Part shown: positions 60,272-64,000 of the stretch, piece by piece
Layout of the letters: each line of letters starts with the position of its first letter
How positions within the stretch are numbered: the first letter of the stretch is position 1
Virus record (IMG/VR): IMGVR_UViG_3300030376_005231
Span: 678 to 64,677 of that record
Reading direction: 5' to 3' (one strand)
Length of the DNA: 64,000 nt
Source of the DNA: a virus
Lineage: Duplodnaviria; Caudoviricetes
Translations under genes and position numbers: made by a program
The notes under the pieces: model-generated
Told to the model about the DNA's origin: nothing
Seen by the model: only the letters and a program-made list of their open reading frames with translations
Database searches by the model: none

Positions 60272-60597
60272 AAACAGGATTGTATTATAATAAATATCAT
60301 AGTCAATACTAATCCTATCATAGACCAAAACATCATCTTATATTTAGATTCCATTTTTCTTTTGTATGATGATTCATTAGATTCAATCATTGATTTATTT
60401 CTCTCTGTATCATAGTAATACTTACTCTTTTCTGTACTGCCTATTACTTTATACTTTTTACCTCTAGTCATTCTTTTGGCTGTAGCAATTGCTTCAGCTT
60501 GGCTGTTGGCTTCTATCTCTATTGTGTTGACATCATATCCCATGTCATCATCTCCAACAAAGTTTAAGAACCAATATTCTATTTCATATTTATTCAT
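60268..60597 (-). CDS. Hypothetical protein with C-terminal TM helix
   Basis: IEIEANSQAEAIATAK motif; terminal hydrophobic helix. Confidence 0.6.
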   Translation of the reverse strand: MNKYEIEYWFLNFVGDDDMGYDVNTIEIEANSQAEAIATAKRMTRGKKYKVIGSTEKSKYYYDTERNKSMIESNESSYKRKMESKYKMMFWSMIGLVLTMIFIIIQSCL

Positions 60598-60598
60598 G

Positions 60599-60859
60599 TT
60601 ATTTAATTTTATTTATTATTAATTTTAGTTGGTCAATTACTATATCTAATGTCTCACCATCAGAAAGGTAGTGTTCAGATGTATCATCTTCTGAATGTTT
60701 TGGGTCTTCTACCATATCTATAAGGTTTTTTAGATGTGTTTGCTTGTTATCAATCTTATCAATGATGTAGTCAAACTTTTCACAGCCACACTTTGAATGT
60801 TCTTCCAAACAAGGTGTGTTGTCTCTCAAGTCTCGTAAGTCTTGCATTATATTTTCCAT
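60599..60859 (-). CDS. Hypothetical acidic protein
   Basis: Start re-assigned to MENIMQDL after an AT-rich leader; the track's extension runs through the tRNA-like element. Confidence 0.55.
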   Translation of the reverse strand: MENIMQDLRDLRDNTPCLEEHSKCGCEKFDYIIDKIDNKQTHLKNLIDMVEDPKHSEDDTSEHYLSDGETLDIVIDQLKLIINKIK

Positions 60860-60894
60860 AATATTTAATTTAAACTCTAGCAATATTGCTATTG

Positions 60895-60936
60895 TGGATA
60901 GGGGGGAATCGAACCCCCCTTGCACCATGCTATCCG
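60895..60936 (-). ncRNA. Minimal tRNA-like element (acceptor stem + GG loop + T-arm, no anticodon arm)
   Basis: CGGATAG-CATGGTGCAAG-GGGGG-TTCGATT-CCCCC-CTATCCA. Confidence 0.6.
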
Positions 60937-61221
60937 TTATAAATGTCCGCCTGTCTTTAATTGTGGACAATCATATCTCCATTCAGACTCTGACTCAGGT
61001 TCATTAAAAAATGAATTGTTATAAGAATTGGAATCTGAATCTGTACCAAATCCAAACTCATAATTAGCTTTACTAATTGCTTTATCTATTTTCTCATCAT
61101 AACCTAAATCATTATCTATTAAATAATCAGCAAGACTCTCGGCAGTTACATTGTCAGGAATCTCTATTTCTACCTCAGCAAATTTGTGGTAGACACTTCG
61201 TTGTTGTATTTTAACTATCAT
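60937..61221 (-). CDS. Hypothetical acidic protein
   Basis: Likely start MIVKIQQR. Confidence 0.6.
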   Translation of the reverse strand: MIVKIQQRSVYHKFAEVEIEIPDNVTAESLADYLIDNDLGYDEKIDKAISKANYEFGFGTDSDSNSYNNSFFNEPESESEWRYDCPQLKTGGHL

Positions 61222-61588
61222 AGTTTTCGATTTTATCAGCGAATTCACACGCTGTGTTATACAAATTATTATTATCTCCTTGAACATAATCAACAAAGTT
61301 TGTGTGCCATGTACAAGTCTTTTTAAGGTCTTCCATAATGCTATAAGTTAGTCGAGTATCATCATCTAACTTTAAGACTTCTTTATGTTGATTCTTATAT
61401 TTTTTGATATCGTTATAAAGCTCCATAACATTATCCCAAGACTCTTTTGTATCTTCTCTGTTCCAAGATATAGTATCTCGATGATGATTAGCTAACTCAT
61501 CTAACCACTCAGCTTCTAGCTGTTTAGCTTTAGATTTATGATAGTTAATATTCATTCTAATTTTTAATTCTTTTAATAAGTTTTCCAT
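61211..61588 (-). CDS. Hypothetical protein
   Basis: ORF track. Confidence 0.6.
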   Translation of the reverse strand: MENLLKELKIRMNINYHKSKAKQLEAEWLDELANHHRDTISWNREDTKESWDNVMELYNDIKKYKNQHKEVLKLDDDTRLTYSIMEDLKKTCTWHTNFVDYVQGDNNNLYNTACEFADKIENYDS

Positions 61589-61594
61589 AGTATT

Positions 61595-61750
61595 TTATTT
61601 TAATAAATTTTTAATTTCTGAAACATTGCATGTTCCCCACTTTTTGTAAACTTGTAGTAGGTATTCATTTGCTTCGTTAAATGATTTTTGGTTTGGTGGA
61701 TTATTAAATATTCTTATATATTTTGTAATCTCTGTTAGTTCTGTTTCCAT
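61595..61750 (-). CDS. Microprotein, 51 aa (METELTEITKYIRIFNN...)
   Basis: Translated by hand; fills the gap between neighbouring genes. Confidence 0.55.
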   Translation of the reverse strand: METELTEITKYIRIFNNPPNQKSFNEANEYLLQVYKKWGTCNVSEIKNLLK

Positions 61751-61753
61751 AGA

Positions 61754-61984
61754 TTAATTATTTAAGTTTTTAATGTCTTCTTTGTGTCCTAAGATTAAAC
61801 ATCCTATTATTAAATAACTAGACCCTAAAAAGAATGCTAGTGCAATCATCCATGCAAAGAAATCTGTTGCTCCATGAATGTCTGTTTGAAGGATGTGTAC
61901 TAGCAAGTTTGCTACCATCGTAATAACTCCTAGAGATACTAAGAATGTCAATCCGTTCGTAAAATAAATGTGTGATTTTTTCAT
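61754..61984 (-). CDS. Two-TM membrane protein
   Basis: Two hydrophobic helices; first gene after hammerhead 1. Confidence 0.65.
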   Translation of the reverse strand: MKKSHIYFTNGLTFLVSLGVITMVANLLVHILQTDIHGATDFFAWMIALAFFLGSSYLIIGCLILGHKEDIKNLNN

Positions 61985-62008
61985 AATGTATTAATTAAAT
62001 TTAAGTTG

Positions 62009-62057
62009 CTGTTTCATCCTTTTGGAATCATCAGTCGAGACACTCATCTCGATACAG
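62009..62057 (-). ncRNA. Type III hammerhead ribozyme, copy 1 (variant)
   Basis: CUGUA^UCGAGA-UGAGUG-UCUCGA-CUGAUGA-UUCC-AAAA-GGAU-GAAA-CAG; U.U replaces the usual G10.1-C11.1 pair. Confidence 0.75.
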
Positions 62058-62087
62058 GAGCAGTTTAGTATCTTACTCAGGATATCG

Positions 62088-62118
62088 CAAATGTACGAAA
62101 AATAAACGAAACTACAAA
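62088..62118 (-). promoter_or_regulatory. Bacteroidota promoter directly upstream of the hammerhead 1 module
   Basis: TTTG-N19-TACATTTG. Confidence 0.8.
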
Positions 62119-62119
62119 A

Positions 62120-62512
62120 TTACTCTGTAACTTCCTCTTCTTCTTCCTCTTCTGCCTTGTCAAATTTAATTGCAATATCAAACTTTTCATCTTCATCGAA
62201 TTGACCACATATCTCATCCCAAACATGTTCTTCAATAGCGATTGTTTCTCCACCATAACAGGAGTCTTGAATGTATTCTTTGAAGCTATCAATGAATCCG
62301 TATTCATCATAATGAATGTCATCACAGATGCTTGGATTAGAATTATTGTCTGATAGCACATACAAATCATAACCATCTTTTGAAGTCTCTGTCCATGCGT
62401 ATTTGTCTGCTGAACTGATTTCCCAAATTGAGTAGCCGATTTCTAGCTGAAAATCCATAGCTGTTAAAAATTCTTTAGTGTTCATTTCACTTAATTGTTC
62501 TCTTGTGTACAT
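62120..62512 (-). CDS. Acidic protein (130 aa) between the two hammerheads
   Basis: Start re-assigned to MYTREQL after AAATAACATT leader; D/E rich; ends EEEEEEVTE. Confidence 0.7.
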   Translation of the reverse strand: MYTREQLSEMNTKEFLTAMDFQLEIGYSIWEISSADKYAWTETSKDGYDLYVLSDNNSNPSICDDIHYDEYGFIDSFKEYIQDSCYGGETIAIEEHVWDEICGQFDEDEKFDIAIKFDKAEEEEEEEVTE

Positions 62513-62537
62513 AATGTTATTTATTAATTTAATATTT

Positions 62538-62586
62538 CTGTTTCGTTCTTTTGAACTCATCAGCACAAGCACTCACTTGTGGACAG
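62538..62586 (-). ncRNA. Type III hammerhead ribozyme, copy 2 (canonical)
   Basis: CUGUC^CACAAG-UGAGUG-CUUGUG-CUGAUGA-GUUC-AAAA-GAAC-GAAA-CAG; full catalytic core and GUC site. Confidence 0.92.
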
Positions 62587-62618
62587 GAGCAGTTTGGTAT
62601 CATGCTCAGGATAGTCTG

Positions 62619-63551
62619 CTATTTAAGGATTAAATCAACTCCTTTTCTAGCTTTGGTCATTGCTGATATTAACGCTTTCTCATGGCTAGATTTTATGAAC
62701 TTAATCCATCCGTTGATATACGCTTGACTCTGTCTCTCATGGTCTTTAGGATTTAGGTTGGCTATCGAAGTTAAATACATTGCACCAATCTCAGCTATCA
62801 ATTCTTCTTTTGAATAAGATACTTTGTCAGCTGTAACACCTACAAGTTTTCTGTCTAATCTAGATGAATGTCCTGTTGAATGAATCATCTCATGAAATAA
62901 AACTTTATAGAAATCATCTATCGAGGTACGCTTAACAAACTGCTCTTTAGTCGGCATTGTGATGGTATCTCTTGAAGGTGTATAGTAAGCAGAACCTTGT
63001 GGTCTCTCTACAATTTTAGGAGCGTTCTTGTATCCGTTTACAATAGCTTCAGCTGATTCTATTGGTTGAATGTCAAGGTTATCTTCACTCTCTGTTGGTA
63101 TCTCTCTACATGGTTGTATATTACTACATTGTGCAATATTAAATACTCTGAATTGTTTTAATTTAAATAATTTTTTAGCATCATCTTCCGTATAACCTGC
63201 CTTGTTTAGTGCAGTTAGATTAGGAAACCATTTGTCTTCTACTTTGTAAGAAACGTTCCAATGTACTATAATAGTTGACTTTTCTCCCTTCATAACGTTA
63301 CTGCCTAATTTCTTAGCTTCAGCAAAGCTAACCCACTCGTTAGATGCATAACCTTCTATAGATGCTGTAGCATTTAATATGAAGATGTTTACTCCGTTGT
63401 AAGCTCTCTTAGTAAATCTGTTAATAGGGTCTTGAATGTTTCCGTTTGAATCTGTCCATGCCTTGAACCAAGACATCCCTGATTTTTTTATCCCGTCTAA
63501 AACCTGTTTGTTGACAGCTTCGAAAACGTTGATTTTTGTGAATTTTTTCAT
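62619..63551 (-). CDS. ardC: ArdC-family antirestriction protein (ssDNA-binding N-domain + zincin)
   Basis: W.KAW...P.N..T.RAYNGVN...L, WVSF..AKKLG.NV.KGEKS, FRVFNIAQ, AYYTPSRDTITMP...F, LFHEMIHSTGH.SRL.R, YSKEELIAEIGA. Confidence 0.92.
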   Translation of the reverse strand: MKKFTKINVFEAVNKQVLDGIKKSGMSWFKAWTDSNGNIQDPINRFTKRAYNGVNIFILNATASIEGYASNEWVSFAEAKKLGSNVMKGEKSTIIVHWNVSYKVEDKWFPNLTALNKAGYTEDDAKKLFKLKQFRVFNIAQCSNIQPCREIPTESEDNLDIQPIESAEAIVNGYKNAPKIVERPQGSAYYTPSRDTITMPTKEQFVKRTSIDDFYKVLFHEMIHSTGHSSRLDRKLVGVTADKVSYSKEELIAEIGAMYLTSIANLNPKDHERQSQAYINGWIKFIKSSHEKALISAMTKARKGVDLILK

Positions 63552-63811
63552 AATGTTTTTTATTTATTTAATTATTAATATAATGCAATACTACAACTAT
63601 TATTTTAATTCTCGTGCATTTTTTGTATAAATTTTTATTTATTTATTTGTTGACTTTGTAACTCATTGATTGTCAGCACATTATGTCAGTACATTTCACT
63701 ACGATTTATTTACATGAAATTTAGGTTGAGGTGATGCACTCTTAAATCTCTTAGCTCCTAAGCAGATTATAAGATTTATATATGGATATATTAGAGGGAA
63801 GGTAGTGGTAT

Positions 63812-64000
63812 GGGGGTAGGTAGGTGGGGGTATGCGTTACGTTAAACGTACAGCAGTAGGTGGACAGGGGGGTAGGGGTAGAGGGTGTCAGGGGTCAGGC
63901 AAATTTGAAAAAAATCCGACTGCGATGGTGGAAAAAATTACCCCCCTAGCTTTTTAATTTTGATTTTCTTTTGGCGGGTTGTTGCGTGTGACGGGGGGGG
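63812..64000 (+). other. G-rich, GC-skewed non-coding terminal region with a G-quadruplex motif
   Basis: Many G runs in an otherwise AT-rich genome; G6-TA-G4-TAGA-G3-TGTCA-G4 at 63867-63894. Confidence 0.6.

Noticed and set aside
60895-60936. Full tRNA gene or attP site
   Set aside because: Only 42 nt, with no anticodon arm and no integrase in the window; kept only as a tRNA-like element
61223-61239. CUGAUAAAAUCGAAAAC on the - strand, resembling a third hammerhead core
   Set aside because: No stem II, no stem I or III partners, and it lies inside coding sequence (FADKIENY)
62077-62572. ORF 62077-62376 and the 20-aa N-terminal extension of ORF 62120-62572
   Set aside because: The first is an out-of-frame shadow of the acidic gene; the extension runs through hammerhead 2, and a better start with an A-rich leader exists at 62512
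1-64000. CRISPR array, integrase/transposase, stop-codon reassignment
   Set aside because: No regularly spaced repeat-spacer units or recombinase motifs seen; long ORFs read cleanly in the standard bacterial code

Overview
The window looks like most or all of the genome of an AT-rich lytic podovirus of Bacteroidota, probably marine Flavobacteriia. The host call rests on TAnnTTTG promoters, Gln at +1 after signal peptides, and a VirE-N/PriCT primase-helicase. The + strand (26-48875) carries groEL-groES, an array of basic microproteins, a lysis cassette with a beta-barrel gene, five fibre genes, a tandem GroES-like protein, terminase, portal, scaffold and capsid. It continues with tail ring/stabilisation proteins, ejection proteins and a ~3000-aa zincin-containing polyvalent protein. 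The - strand (63551-48862) is the early/replication arm: ArdC, small ORFs, SSAP, exonuclease, SSB, primase-helicase, SF2 helicase, VRR-NUC, two DnaA-domain-IV-like proteins and a metallophosphoesterase. I recognised no DNA polymerase, RNA polymerase, integrase, reverse transcriptase, CRISPR array or full tRNA. The main discovery is non-coding: two co-oriented type III hammerhead ribozymes with compensatory stem changes (62009-62057 and 62538-62586, - strand), each preceded by a conserved hairpin/pseudoknot module. They bracket one acidic ORF right after ardC, and double cleavage would release a 529-nt 5'-OH / 2',3'-cyclic-phosphate RNA able to circularise. Nearby is a 42-nt anticodon-less tRNA mimic, and the genome appears to avoid CCAG/CTGG and GATC. 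All protein calls come from motif recognition by eye, with no database search.
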